DNA of 56,307 nucleotides, filler included, from Sphacelaria rigidula (GCA_964200075.2; 7 parts of 7 records of this genome joined end to end with filler, not necessarily neighbours in it); one strand, 5' to 3'. Shown: positions 12,272 through 25,369, counted from the whole stretch's first letter. The notes: a model not told the origin generated them from the letters alone. Program-made: numbers and translations.

Positions 12272-12489
12272 TTAAGAAGGTGAGGCAACGAGAGATCGTA
12301 CAAAATAGCAATGATCAGTTTATGTGTAGCCCCCCCATCCACCCACCCAACCTGATAAGGGCGCCACACCTCGAATTTCTTCGCTCCCGTCTCGACCCCC
12401 CCGGGTTCCATTCGTCCCGGTGCCATTTGCATACGTCCTTAGCGGCAGTGACCCCGCCTTATGAGTCTTTGATCTCATCATCGTAAATG

Positions 12490-13271
12490 ACCCGCTTCCT
12501 TCGTTCTACTCCACGTGGATATGCCCTGCAGCACGGAATTTCTCTTTGGGGTGGTTCCCCCCCCCCCCCCGCCCCGTGTTTCCGGGCCGACCATGCTTCT
12601 TGAGTCCTTGTACAGCCGACCTTCCAGACATTGTATGCTTTGGGGCATGTCTTTATTCCTGACGGGCAAGGACCACCGCGAACCAGAGTCGAGACTTACA
12701 GATATGGCTATTTCGATACATGCGCATCCGGGTCCATCTCGAGCACAGCTCTGTACGAAGTAGTCTTGGATCCAATGAGATGCTTGCCACGGAAGCTAAC
12801 TAACTGTCCGCAGTAAGCCGGGCGGTGCGGAACTCTGTAGGAATCTTGTAGTCGGGGTCGGTGTCCACGTAGCACTCTCGTGTAGCATAGCTTCTACAAC
12901 GACCCCTTGGAGCATCCGGGTCTTGCGCGATAGCTGAGCATCGGGTCTATAGTAAAGTCGGGAGCTGTACTTTCGGAGGTGTGCCCACGCAGCGCTGATG
13001 CGGCGCGTGTTTTCGATGGAAATACCCCTGTCTCAGCTGATTGTCCACGGCAAAACACGGTCGGCCGCTTGTTATCTTATCCTTAGCCTGCTGCCTTGAT
13101 GTGCTGTGGGGGTTCTGGGTAGCTGGGTGCTGACACACTGGTGCATGACCTGTTTTTTTCTCCGATACCGCCGGTCCGAACTCCGGGCAGACCACCACTG
13201 CCAACCGAGCCCATCAACCTAGCAAGCTCACCGGGAAGCCCCGAGGCTACATATGCGCCATCTGCGTACAT
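12490..13271 (-). pseudogene. RTE-clade LINE RT/C-terminal fragment (intronic)
   Basis: YADGAYVASGLPGELARLM and VVVCPEFGPAVSEKKT resemble RTE 'YADD...L..MM' and 'FGLTVS.KKT'. Frameshifted. Confidence 0.7.
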
Positions 13272-14302
13272 ACACTATGTGTACATTTGAGTACTGTACA
13301 TAGTTTTCGCCTTATTATCAACTGCAGAGTTGTCGGAGCTGACGGTTGAAAACCTTTCTGGGAATCACATGAGCACAAAACGTTGTCCTTGAAGCACAGA
13401 AAATGTACACAGCAGGCACGTGAGTTTTTTTTTTTTTCAATTATCCATTGCAAGCATATTCGCGTATCGTTGTGTGATTTGTGTGAGGCATACGAGCGGT
13501 GTGGAGGGTGGAAATTTGGCGACCGCTACATAGAGGAAAATTATGCAACGAACCGTGTTCTTGCAGAAAGCGTTTGGTGTGTGTGTTAACCATCAAACAC
13601 CGTTGGTTTTCTCCGCCGCCAGCCGTTGCCGCAGGCTTAGCGGCATGTTTTTGCAATGGCATGGCAGACAGCTTCCCTGCAGATTTGACTTGCCAGTGAC
13701 GAGAAATTAAAGCTTGATTAAAAACATGTCTTCAAGAGACGGAGCTCACCACTCAAAGTACGCACCCTGTTCTAGGTCTCATTAACGTAATCGAGAATTG
13801 TACGGTTGGGCATCTCCATGATGAATACATTACACCTTGGCCCGATTTCACGCTTCTCAATCGTGGGCGGGGTCTGTTACGTTGGTCTGTCTGGAGTCAT
13901 TGGGTGCTGGCTTTAAGTTCGATTCCCTCGGGCGCCGACCCCTCTCGCGTGAGGGACCCTAGGTAGACCACCGCGAATAGATGGAAAGTAGATGTGCTTC
14001 GATCGAACAGTTTCGTTAGTGAGAGATCAGTGGGGGGTTAGAGACCACGAAGCACACGGTATATATGTCTTGTCATGGGGAGTGGTGCTCTCAAATGGGA
14101 AGGAACCGCTTAGCAGCTATAGCGTCGGAGTTACCGGCATCGAAGATCAGCCGATGATATATTGTCCCGAGTATAATTTGTCGGGCACCCCAGGGGTTTC
14201 GAGATCGCATTGTGTTGTGCACCCGCCGATTTCAACATGACCGGTGTCTTCACGACTGTGTCGGGCTCAAATAATCTTTTACGATCTCCCCCCCCCTCCT
14301 GC

Positions 14303-14430
14303 ATATGGAAGAAACGTAATGAGCGCCCAAATGTTGGAGGTGTCTCTGTTAGGAGTAGGAACGGTGCTCCGTCTCTACAAAGACGCGTGGTCAATGGTGA
14401 AATGACCAAGGCAAGCAACGAATGAGTACG
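14303..14430 (+). mobile_element. Retroposed repeat ending ...AAGGCAAGCAACRAATGAGTACG, copy 1
   Basis: Flanked by C-runs on both sides (14288-14296 and 14431-14435). Matches 15968-15999 and the reverse complement of 26969-27097. Confidence 0.7.
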
Positions 14431-14695
14431 CCCCCGCCGTGCTCGTGGCTTGGGCGGCCAATCCTGGAGATGAAGTAATGCGCGCGGGAGCGTTTTGAAG
14501 GTGTCCCACAACGATGCCGGGAAGAACAAAAAAAAAACCCAATCGTATGATACGGTACCCAGATCGTATTAGCGGCGGCAATCCTCAATCCGAACTGAAA
14601 TTTCAATCCTGCGCTGTCTCTCGCTTTTGCGAAAGTAACTCTGTTGGGTAACGCTCACCTGGAAGCTTGTTTTACGTATGATATGATGTGCACAG

Positions 14696-14880
14696 ATCAA
14701 CGGCACGGTGGCATATGCCGCCCAGCGGGCTTGGATCCAGAACGCTACCCTCAGAGACAACGTGCTGTTCGGCTCGCCTATGGATGCCGAGCGCTACGCC
14801 CGCGTTCTGTCTGCTTGCGCTCTGACGTCCGACCTCGACCTGCTGGAGGCCGGAGATCAAACCGAGATCGGCGAGAAAGG
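14696..14880 (+). CDS. ABCC transporter exon with Q-loop
   Basis: CAG acceptor and GTGAGG donor. Encodes INGTVAYAAQRAWIQNATLRDNVLFG...DLDLLEAGDQTEIGEKG. Ends in phase 2. Not called in the ORF track. Confidence 0.95.
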
Positions 14881-15392
14881 GTGAGGCGTTGGTTGTTGCT
14901 GCTCCAACTGTTTATGTGATGTCTCGTCTCGGCTAGTGCCGCCGTTTCTGTTATTTATTTGCTGTCCTCGCGCGGGCAAGTTGTTGGGTGCGTTGCGAGC
15001 GGCAAGTTGTTGGTTGTGTGTTCGTCGTGCGTGCTTCACATCGCGAGCGTGAAGCCTTATGTGTACGGCCTTTGAAAGATGATGTGTTGTTCGTTCCGTT
15101 ACAGCATACGATTGCGGGAAAGTATGTGTTCACCAACCGAGGTGTGGACGAACGGTTGGTTAGTGCTGACGGCACGCTGTTTTGTCGGTATGGTACGTGC
15201 GCCAACAAGGAGGACTGCGAACAGCGTAACAGTGGCTATAGTGTAACGGTTATTCGGGGGTAGGGGCTGCGCATGTGTTCATGTGTTGAAGTGTTCAAGT
15301 TTTGCAAGAGTTCAAGTCGCGCTGGTCACGGGCCCCAGCATTATCTCGTCCCGTCCCTTGTCTTGTTGCATACATACCCTCACTATCGGTGA

Positions 15393-15674
<282 letters not shown>

Positions 15675-15967
15675 TGATTATGATCCTTCAGTAAATTGAC
15701 TGACCCCAGTTGACATGAGATATGCTACACCTCAAGAGAGAAAACAGGCGGAGACAGAAGCCCAAATCTAGGGAGATACAGGGAGACCGAGACGGAGGTA
15801 GGAACGTGGTAAAGTTGCGATTCCTTCATGATCGCGCTGATGATTTATAGTTTGTGGTTTCTACACAAAATGGTATTCATGTATTTCGTCTCTGAGCATT
15901 GTAGTAGCGTATACATTGCAAGTGACATTTTTATTTCATGAGTTGCACCTCCCCCCCCCCTCAGCCT

Positions 15968-15999
15968 CAAATGACTAAGGCAAGCAACAAATGAGTACG
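15968..15999 (+). mobile_element. Retroposed repeat, 32-bp truncated copy 2 with a perfect 13-bp TSD
   Basis: CCCCCCTCAGCCT at 15955-15967 and 16000-16012 flanks CAAATGACTAAGGCAAGCAACAAATGAGTACG. Confidence 0.8.
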
Positions 16000-16018
16000 C
16001 CCCCCTCAGCCTGGTCCG

Positions 16019-16118
16019 NNNNNNNNNNNNNNNNNNNNNNNNNNNNNNNNNNNNNNNNNNNNTTAATTAATTAANNNNNNNNNNNNNNNNNNNNNNNNNN
16101 NNNNNNNNNNNNNNNNNN
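16019..16118. other. Artificial contig spacer
   Basis: N44-TTAATTAATTAA-N44. Confidence 0.98.
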
Positions 16119-17099
16119 CCGGCTTTGTAGGGATACGAGGTCAATGGTCTTATGACTATGGCATGCATGATCATGAGTACACTCTCCCCTCCTGGCTGAT
16201 CATGAGTACATCCCCTCCCCCAGCAGCCAGGCGGGGGCGTTGCAAAAACCTGATCTTGATGAACTAGCCAAACGGTGAAAAGGTTATATAACGTCATTTC
16301 GCCTGGAACAGATATAAACACGTCCTGTGCACTTGCGCTTTGATTCAACAATTCCTGAGAGCTCATCCGTGCACGTCCATCCGTCTGGTGACCGGCCGTG
16401 CGGCGCGACTAATGATCAATGAAATCAACATACGGACAAAACCAGGAATGGGTGCACTGTAGACAAAATTGTTGCAAACATGTGACAGGGAGTTCCATCT
16501 ACTCCCTTCCCCTCCTCCGACAGGTTCGCTGTGGAGGATGACATGCAACACGGTTTTCGACTGGACGCCGTTCAATCAAGCACCTTCGCTTCGAGCGGAG
16601 CAAGGAAGTGCATTTCTCGCGCAGATTGTGATCATCTGATCCCAGACCTCTTGAAGGTAGTACCGCTCGGCTCTCCTCTCACGTAAAGTTGCACAGTGGA
16701 AATTTGATTTCGTGAACGGTGGCGGCTCGCTCTCAAGCGATCAGAGATCAATATCTTCTGAACCGTGTGATAAAGCCAGCTCATGTAATTTTCAACACGC
16801 CAGGCAAGTGATTTTGCCCATAGAGCGGTAACGACCGGGTCGGCGGAGTCCTCGTGAGCTAAGTCTACCTGTACTCACTCGCGCCGATTCATTTTCTTGG
16901 AGCCCTCTAAGGTCACGCACCGTGATGATCGGCTTTTCGTGTGAGGTGTTGACAGTGGAGGGGGGGGGAGGGTTCTCCTTGTGCTTTTTGGGTTTAGATT
17001 TGTTCGTTTGCTATAGTTATTTCGCGTGAGTCAATGCTGCAGGGGCCGGCCACTTCTTGTTTCAGAGCTCTCACCGGTATTGTCTTCGTTGGGACCGGT

Positions 17100-17385
17100 T
17101 TGTCTTGCTTCTCGTCTCCTTTCCTTCCCTCATTTTCTGTTTTGTTTCATCCTGTTTTTACTTTACTTTACTTCACTTCACTTCTTGTATCCCTCCTCTC
17201 TTTGGTATTTTAATTCAATTTTGTCCGTTCGTCCCATCGTTCTTCGCCTCGCCGTTTTCTCGAATCTTTTACATCGAGTGCTTCCATCTTCTTCACCTTG
17301 GGTACATCTACCCTGTGGGTGGTGATCACCGCTGGGCCCCTCGAGGATTTGTTATCGCGCGGCAATCAGTCAATGAATCAATCAA
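17100..17385 (+). repeat. T-rich tract ending in degenerate (CAAT)n, probable LINE 3' UTR and tail
   Basis: Pyrimidine-rich stretch followed by CAATCAGTCAATGAATCAATCAA. The same architecture occurs at 18440-18907. Family assignment is inference. Confidence 0.4.
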
Positions 17386-18439
17386 GTGAGTTCCGTAGGT
17401 TGTAATTTCGGGATAGATTCCACCCCGGGGAGGTAAACTTCAACTTTTGGGCACTTGAAGTTTCCAGTAGATACAGTACTTTGATATATCAACTGATATG
17501 TTTTCTACCGTCTCTTCGCACAGTAGCATGATCATTTGCCTCCCTTGACCTGGTATCAACACTCGCGAGATGCTTTTCATTCGCGGTTGCAGTAAACAAA
17601 GATTGTTACCATAATGCACCAAGACAGATCATATGGTGACGCCGGTTCTCAATTGCAACGCTATTTTTGGTAGCTCTTCATCGGCTTGTCCATTTTTGAC
17701 CATGTAACCACTAGAAATATGATAGTTTCAAGATAAAGGGTTCGGGCCCTCGTCCTGCACTCCACATCCCATCGCACGACGTCATGACAGCAGCGCAAGC
17801 GCCCGACATCACAATCATGAACCCAGAGAACAGCAACAGTATGTATCTACCGTGCAGTGCAGTTGTGCTGTGTCTACTGTCGGGGCTGTGCGTGCGCCAA
17901 CCTGTCTGTAAAAAACACCAGTGCTAATTTTTGAGGGTTCCCACTTTTTCAAATCTCGGAATGGGAAGGAACCGCGCGATAACTGGGAAAATGATGCTCA
18001 TTTCCGATCGTCAAGAACGGTCCCAGGCAGTAGCTTAGATTCTGCCTTCGTGTGTCAGGCGTCACTTGGCCAGCTCCAGTGCGCCCCGCGCTCTCTTGAC
18101 TTGCAATGGTTGCCCGGTGTAACCCTGCAACAAACGACTGCGAGAGCAATGCACCTTTGTTGACTTATACAAAAAGTATGGTGCGCGGGCCCCACCAACT
18201 ACTTCGCTCTCCCCAGTCGTTCACGAAATATTCGGGAAGCACAGAATTATACCGCAAATCCTCCGCCTCTCCCGATCGGCTGCCCAACTGGCGATGATTA
18301 CTTCGAGAAAACCAATCCCAAACGGTGTATGACCTACAGACCAGTCAGTGTACTATCTCGGTGGTGATCCAACATACAGACTGACCAACGGGTCGCGTTT
18401 GGTACTATTGGGCTCGAAGCTCAATTCTGCAACGGCGGA

Positions 18440-18907
18440 GTTTCATTCTCTTCAGCCATCCTCTCTTTCTCGTCCTTTCTTCCTCTATTTTGTTTTTCTT
18501 CTGTTTCTCCCCTTTTTCCTTTTTTCTAATTTTCTCGCTTTTTGTCTTGGTTTTTGCTTCGTTGTCGTATGCGGTTTCCCCGTCAAACATGAAACCATGC
18601 GGTAGATTCCTCTCGGATGGTTTCTTGGGGTGGTTTACCGCGTTTTTGGCTTGCGCTTTTTCTTGGTTCCCTTTTCTTTTCCGTCTTTTTAAAAAAATTA
18701 TTTTCCTTTCCTTTCCCTTCCTTTCTTTTTTCGATTTGTTTTGCTCATCTCCCCCTTCCCGTTTCATGTTTCCCATCATGAAGTTTCCTGCAACGTACGC
18801 TTTTTCGCCTTTTTATGTACTTTGTCTGCGTCTGTCGTGTGGCAACGTCGGTATCCGTAGCGGGTCAGTGAATGTGGTGTAATCAATCAATCAAATTGAA
18901 TCAAATC
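18440..18907 (+). repeat. T-rich tract ending in (CAAT)n, probable LINE 3' UTR and tail
   Basis: Long T/C-rich run followed by TAATCAATCAATCAAATTGAATCAAATCA. Confidence 0.4.
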
Positions 18908-21900
18908 ACACCACACCACATCGCACCACATCACACCACTCCGATATATCAAAAACATTTTCCTGATGTATATGACTTGTACATGAGTCAGGAACCAACG
19001 GACTCTGTATTTAGCGCTCTTTACAACGCTGAACGCTGGGCACACACACGAAGTGGTCCAATAAATGAGCTTAGAGATCTCTGAACCGTTTCACGCGGGT
19101 TTTTCTTTTTCGATTCAAACTGCCTGAGAGACTCCAATTTCAGTTGAGTTTCTGTCCCACGGAGGCCTTCAGCACCACAACACTGGAAGTCAAACGATTG
19201 CAACTTTTTTACACTACTGGGACAGTGACCTGCGAGGCTGTGTCGCCTCGATGCTCATGAGCTTTGGGGGGGGGGGGGGCGTCGAGGACATTAGGTGAGG
19301 ATGGTGGGGGTTCCAGGAAATGCTGTGCCATGGGTCGCTGGAAAATAATCATAAAGATCTAGGGGGTCGATCACTTTCGCCAGAACCCCTCCCTCTCCGC
19401 CCCTCAGAGACCCGCTAACCCTTCAACACACGGGATGTCAACTTCAGGGCCCTTCGTGCATTTTTTCGACTTCACGGTACCGCTCGATACTGGCCATAAC
19501 AGCATGAAGGATCAGATATAGAACAGGCTTATAAACCTAGAGATGTCAGACCTTGAACGGCCAACTCATTGAACGTACGGGCTTCAGTTGGACACCGAAC
19601 GCAAGGGGTTTGACGGAGCGGGGGGGCGGGGACAGAAACGGTTGTTTTGGTGTTGAGTTTGGAAATACAACGCCTATAAAGGCCAATGCCGCGCACTTTC
19701 CGCGCATCATCGTTTCGTACCATATCATTGCTATTGCAGGATAGCAACGGTTTTGTGGCAGCAGTCGCACCAGAAGTAGTACATACATCCATGCGGATAT
19801 GCATGTACGGAAATAGCAGCATGTTGCATGGGCAACAAAAACGTGCACATTTCCCCCTCAACAATGGCAATATATTGCTCTACGCCTCTTTGCGAAAACG
19901 GCCAGTTTTGCGCCACTCCTGTTCAGCGCTTATGTTCATCTCACGTACATCTTGGCCTCGAAAACTTCGCGGGACTGTTCGCGAATAAACTCTTGAAACA
20001 GATGTCATGGGCCAAAACAATGTCGGAGGGATCCTGCTCCACGTGGGGCTCAAAGCCTCAAGACATGATCAGAGTCACCCCACGATAGGGGTTGCACATC
20101 TAGGCACATATATGTTTTTCACTAAGAGTATCCTGAAGGTAGGAGCTACACAAGACTATAAGTCAAGGCATTCCCGTTTTCAAAGCCATTCGAGACATCC
20201 CCAGCCTATTAGAACGGTAATCGCGGCGTACCCTCTCATATCTCAAAAGTCGTTTAATGGATGGAGCGGCGGACTCCTCACAAATTGAACCTCAGACGTG
20301 TTATGTTTTGTGCACCCCTCGCGTGGCGCCACTCGTCTCACGAATGTAGGGATGGTATACACAGTAGAACTTGAGGAATTAGAACAGGCCCAATATATAT
20401 TGTAGGGCCATTCTCGGCGGCGGTTGAAACGCGGCAGGAATAAATTTTCACGTGGTTTCAGTGAATCGTTGAAGAATTTGCTCACACCGCCGCTGTTCCG
20501 CGTTTTGCGACAATCTCGAGAACACACACCCACTACACTTTGCCTACCGGCGTAGAAGACATGGGATACCCCGTGAAAATCCTGCGGGGTCTGCTCAGAC
20601 GAGGGTAGCTTCCACAGCGCCGTCAAAAATGCTAAACATTGTTTTGCGGGGCACTTTCGCGTCACGAGTATTTCATACTTCCGCCGCGACCACAACAAGC
20701 CCGTAGCATGAGTTTCTCACCAGTTGGAAAGGATCGAGCCAAGGTTTATGAACCATGTGACTGCGAATATGGGGGGGGGGGCGTTGCCGCAAAAGTATTC
20801 ACCCGTTGAAATCCATTGACCAGTCGTTTGCATTATCTGCATGGATTCAAAGTAATACTTCGTATTCAAAGGCTTGAGTAGATCTTCGTACAAATGACCT
20901 GTGCCATACATTGTGCATACTAGACAGGATATATTTGGGCATATGAGCTCTCATGCCGGGTGGATGGGGGCTGTTGTTGACGACAATGTCGTCACCTCAT
21001 AAACCATACCGACAGCGTAATGAACACGATGTACAGGTGGCCAGGGGTACGCTCTACACAAGATCAGGGCAACGCAGCGCCGCTCTTCCTCGACACTAAA
21101 CTACTAGGCCATGTTGCGCATGGTGCGTATGCCAATCGCCGCTTCTTTTGGTAGTCGAATTTTTGAAGTAGGCGTTAAATAGTTGAGACTGCAGAATGAG
21201 AACCCTCAAGCCACTGTGCAACCTCTACCGCGTGATGCGATTTTGCCCACCATACGGGGCAGATAAGGGTAGGTTCGGCGGATGTCGACAACTTCTATTC
21301 ACAAACAGTGATCGCCAACGTCCTGCAAGGTACATTTCTGGCTCATTTTTCAATGTCTTGCGCGCCATACTAGTATGTTCACGTTACGGAGCAGCTCGGG
21401 CCAGGTTCGGCGTACATTGATGATGTCCACAGCGCAAAATGAGGTTGTCAACGTCTACCCAAGGCACCTTTCTGGCCAACCATGTGACGAGGCTCACGAA
21501 TGCAGCGAGGCATGCCGTGATTCGGCCCATTGCTACAGCAGGTAGTATAGGTGGCATGGACAGCACGGCTTCTATGGCACGGTGCGATGTACAAGCATAC
21601 AGAAGCGTTTATTGAAGGCAGCGGGGTCAGGAAATCGCTTCTCTTGTAATATGGTACCGTAGACCCTAGTAATGTTGATGACAAACGGTGTTGACAGACC
21701 CAGCCCTGGCACCTGTGAGATTGCCGACTTGCAGCGCAGCCGCCATTCCATCCTTTTGAACCAACATCATCAGCACCGCAGCGACTATCGTGATCACCGA
21801 AGGTCTACATGTTCCCACTTTTCGGCTATGTGATCGCCATCCGCCGCCGTCGCCACGGCCGCCGCTCCACCTACATTTAGACCGAGGGGCATCTTGCTCT

Positions 21901-23434
21901 CGCGATGGCTGTTCCATACCTGCTCTGAAAGGCGCGCTAGTTGCGTACTGCGTGAACACAGTATCGACGTCGGCTGCTCTAGATTGATTGCTACTTCATG
22001 TGTGTGCTCTCTAGACGAACTCGCTACTGCCTTCGTGAAGCTACCAGTACATGCACCAGGTATTCCGCCGCACGTAGGCGTCTGGCGTTGCCCTAGTGTA
22101 CGTGGGGGCAGCACTGCTGTAACACGAGCGAATTTTGAAGCAGCACGCACAAAGGAGGTTTCTGTCTAGCCGTTCCCGCGACAATCAAAGGGAAAAGCTT
22201 CCCCCCGACTGACATGTATACAGTCAGCAGTAGAACTCAAGTTGGCGCGTTGTCGATTCCTCCTGTCCACAGTCAGGGCGCTGCTACTGATACAATTAGC
22301 TGGCTACAGACTACTGCAACGACGAACTTTCGCCGTGCGGCATGTTTGGGGGCACGACCAGAGACCCATTGATGGCGGTTTCATTTTGCTGTTGTTCCTA
22401 TTCGACTTCTGATCCCACCGCTGGTCGTAAAAACATACCGCGTGGCCCTTGACCATAAGCCGCATTAGCTGACTGCATTACTCGCAGTGGTGGTGTGCAT
22501 CGCTCTATTGCGATCCTTTAGTGGGCACATATGCGTGTTCTGGCGGCGACAATCAACCGATGAAGCAGAAAAAAATCAAGGATTGGTCTCGGGCCCGACG
22601 AATGGGAGGACGGGCAGGCGTCCCGCCGATTCGCAACAACAGGGAAACGGGTCTGCGACCGAATGTGTCCGTGTGTTTGTACCGGAATGCTTTGGGATAC
22701 TGTCCCTAGTGCGACATCCTCAGCAGCACCCGTCCACCACTAGTGCAAGACCATCAGTGTGGCCTCGCAGCCACCATGAGAGTGCTTCGCCAACAGTTCC
22801 GCCACTCAAGAGTATCGTGGTCTTGTTGGGTGGGGCACTGGCCGCACCGCCCAAAACTGTTCGAAATTTCCGTTGTACGGTACGTACTACAGAGGGTGTG
22901 GGACAGTGTGCTGCACTGCATCACGATGATGCTGTAATACAGTATACTGGTATTCAACATTCTGCTGCGTTGACAGTGCGCAGTGCAGTTAACCCCCCAT
23001 ACATCTGCATCTACGCGCCTTTCTTATTGATGGTGGTGCTTTCGGGGACACTAACGATCCACTTTTTCATTTCCACGTGGCAATTGGGAAACACACGTTC
23101 CACGGCAGCCCCCTCCAGTTTGGCAGCGTTTATTTGTTGAACCAAGAAGTGAGCATGAGAAATACGGCGGGTTCGAGGCGCACACGGGACCGTCATTTCT
23201 GGCTCTTTTTTTTTCCCCCACCACTTGGAGTGGTTCTACCGTGATGGTGCACATTATTTTTGTGAGGGTAGGCACTGTCGGGGCCTCTGGATAACAAACA
23301 TCCGACCTTCGACCGTTTCTTCCGGTTCGTATTTTGTTTGGCTCGTATTTTCCACTCTGAAGACATTTGAAAATGTTTTTGATCCCCAAACAGGGAATAT
23401 GGCCACCACACGTCTTGGACACTGTATCATCAAC

Positions 23435-23725
23435 CCACCGAGAGGAGCCAAGCCCACATTTCCGATTCGCTTGGGTCAGAGATTTCGAGAGCGGCCTCCG
23501 GACAAAAAAATACGAGAAAAACATATATTGCACAGTCTGCAGGTATTTGCAGCTTTTGTATCACCCCACCGAGAGGAGTCAAGCCCACTTTCCCGATTCG
23601 CTTGGGTCAGAGATTTCGAGAGCGTCCTCTGGAAAAATATACGAAAAAAATATATATTGCACAGTCTGCAGGTATTTGCAGCTCCTGTAGACTGTGCAAT
23701 ATATGTTTTTCTCGTATTTTTTGTC
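23435..23725. repeat. Tandem duplication of a ~120-130-bp unit plus a short inverted copy
   Basis: CCACCGAGAGGAG...GCACAGTCTGCAGGTATTTGCAGCT occurs twice (about 23435-23553 and 23566-23682). It is followed by AGACTGTGCAATATATGTTTTTCTCGTATTTTTTGTC, the reverse complement of part of the unit. Confidence 0.85.
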
Positions 23726-24076
23726 AAACCCCGTGCGAAGTTGCTTCAGCAGCTGGAGCGGGCAGTAGGTACGCCCTGTGCTGTCACGGGGCTGTCTTCT
23801 GCTGCCGTCGCAAAAATATCAAACGCTTCGGAGCATTGTATGTCAATGCACGTACGACACCTTGAAAAAATCGGGGGGAGTCACGATCCCGGAACGATTC
23901 CGAGCAATGCTATGGTAGGGGTGCACTTTTTTCGAGAAATTTTGTCTGGTTCAGGGGCTCCTGACGATTCTAGACGCACAACAATATGGGCCAGGGCATC
24001 ACCGTTTAACAACAAATTGTGCGAATTGAGGTTTAACTTCGAGATGAGGCTCAAGCCTAAAACAGTGCTTTCCCCA

Positions 24077-24176
24077 NNNNNNNNNNNNNNNNNNNNNNNN
24101 NNNNNNNNNNNNNNNNNNNNTTAATTAATTAANNNNNNNNNNNNNNNNNNNNNNNNNNNNNNNNNNNNNNNNNNNN
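24077..24176. other. Artificial contig spacer
   Basis: N44-TTAATTAATTAA-N44. Confidence 0.98.
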
Positions 24177-24897
24177 AGGCTTGAACCTCATTTCGGAGTT
24201 AAACCTCAATTCGCACAACTTGTTTTTCTATGTCTCATGGGCTTGGTCTGCCCACCCTGATACTCGACCATAACATGATGACGAACCGAGGAAATAAGCA
24301 GTACTGCATAGTCGCATCACCGTAGGGCTGCACTGTTTTTCGTATCGTCTGCATGTGGTATAGCGCAACAATCGCGGTGTCTGTTTGGCTTGGGGTGGTG
24401 CGAGTACCGATCACGTTCTTTAGGTAGCAAGCGTTTGCAGGCCTGTTGGTTTCTCGAAGAGACCACCAGCTGGGCAGAACGGAGCTGGGACACCCGGCTG
24501 CAGCGTATGGTCGATACCTCCCGTGCCAACACGGCACCACAGGTACGTCCCGTGGTTCACTCTTTTACATACCCCTGTGCGCGCACGGCCAGGTACCCCA
24601 CACACACCCTTGATCACACGAACAATGTGCTGCAGAGAGCCTGCTTCCGTGCACGAGAACTCACAAAAAAGTGTTTTTTTTTCTGTTCGGAAATCTTGTA
24701 GAACAAACGTTTCCATCATGAACTTACAGCCGGTGCGTTGTGTGTGAAGTGCGAAGTGGAAGTAAATGCTGCTGACCCACTACTAGAGAGTTAAGAATAA
24801 TGATTCCGCGTGCATGCGTGCATATAGAGTACACATAGCCAGTGGTTATGTGTAGTGTCCACCTGGAGGGATATATATATATATATATATTACATCT

Positions 24898-25185
24898 ACA
24901 TGTATCATTTCGCATTGTTCACCACTTTTGCCGAGTTTTCTCTGGCGGCAAGGCATCTCATCACGCGCTTCCTTTTGCAGTGCACGAAAAAGGCGCAGCG
25001 GTACATTACCTTTCAGTTTGGCTGTCATTTGATGCCTGCGGCGCGTGTTTCGGCCATCGAAAGTTGCCTACACTGGCTCTTTTTCGCGGGGTGTCGATCC
25101 CGAACCACAAAAGCCTTTCCAAGACGATGGAAAACTTCATATCACAACCGGAACCACAAAAGCCTGTTCATGGCGGAGTATGTAT
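24898..25185 (+). repeat. Dispersed repeat, copy 2 (see 690-975)
   Basis: Aligns to the reverse complement of 690-975 and is preceded by (TA)n at 24871-24889. Confidence 0.8.
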
Positions 25186-25369
25186 TTACCGTGATTTTCT
25201 TTGCATTGTCGTCGATTTGGGAGCACGGTGACAGCGGTATTGCAGCGAATGTCACGAGAACATGAGAGCGAAGCAGTTGAAAACAATCTATCATTGCCCT
25301 GGCCTTAGTCAGCAGCAAACACAAGATTGTGCAATGAGCCGTTGGCGAGTTGAACAAGGTACGCACGTG

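Noticed and set aside
23225..24124. Longest ORF in the track (299 aa)
   Set aside because: It runs through a tandem duplication and repeat ends into the N spacer and has no recognisable domain.
24017..24218. 42-bp inverted repeat straddling the third spacer (24017-24058 versus 24177-24218)
   Set aside because: The two halves are on different size-sorted contigs. Both contigs most likely just break in the same high-copy repeat.
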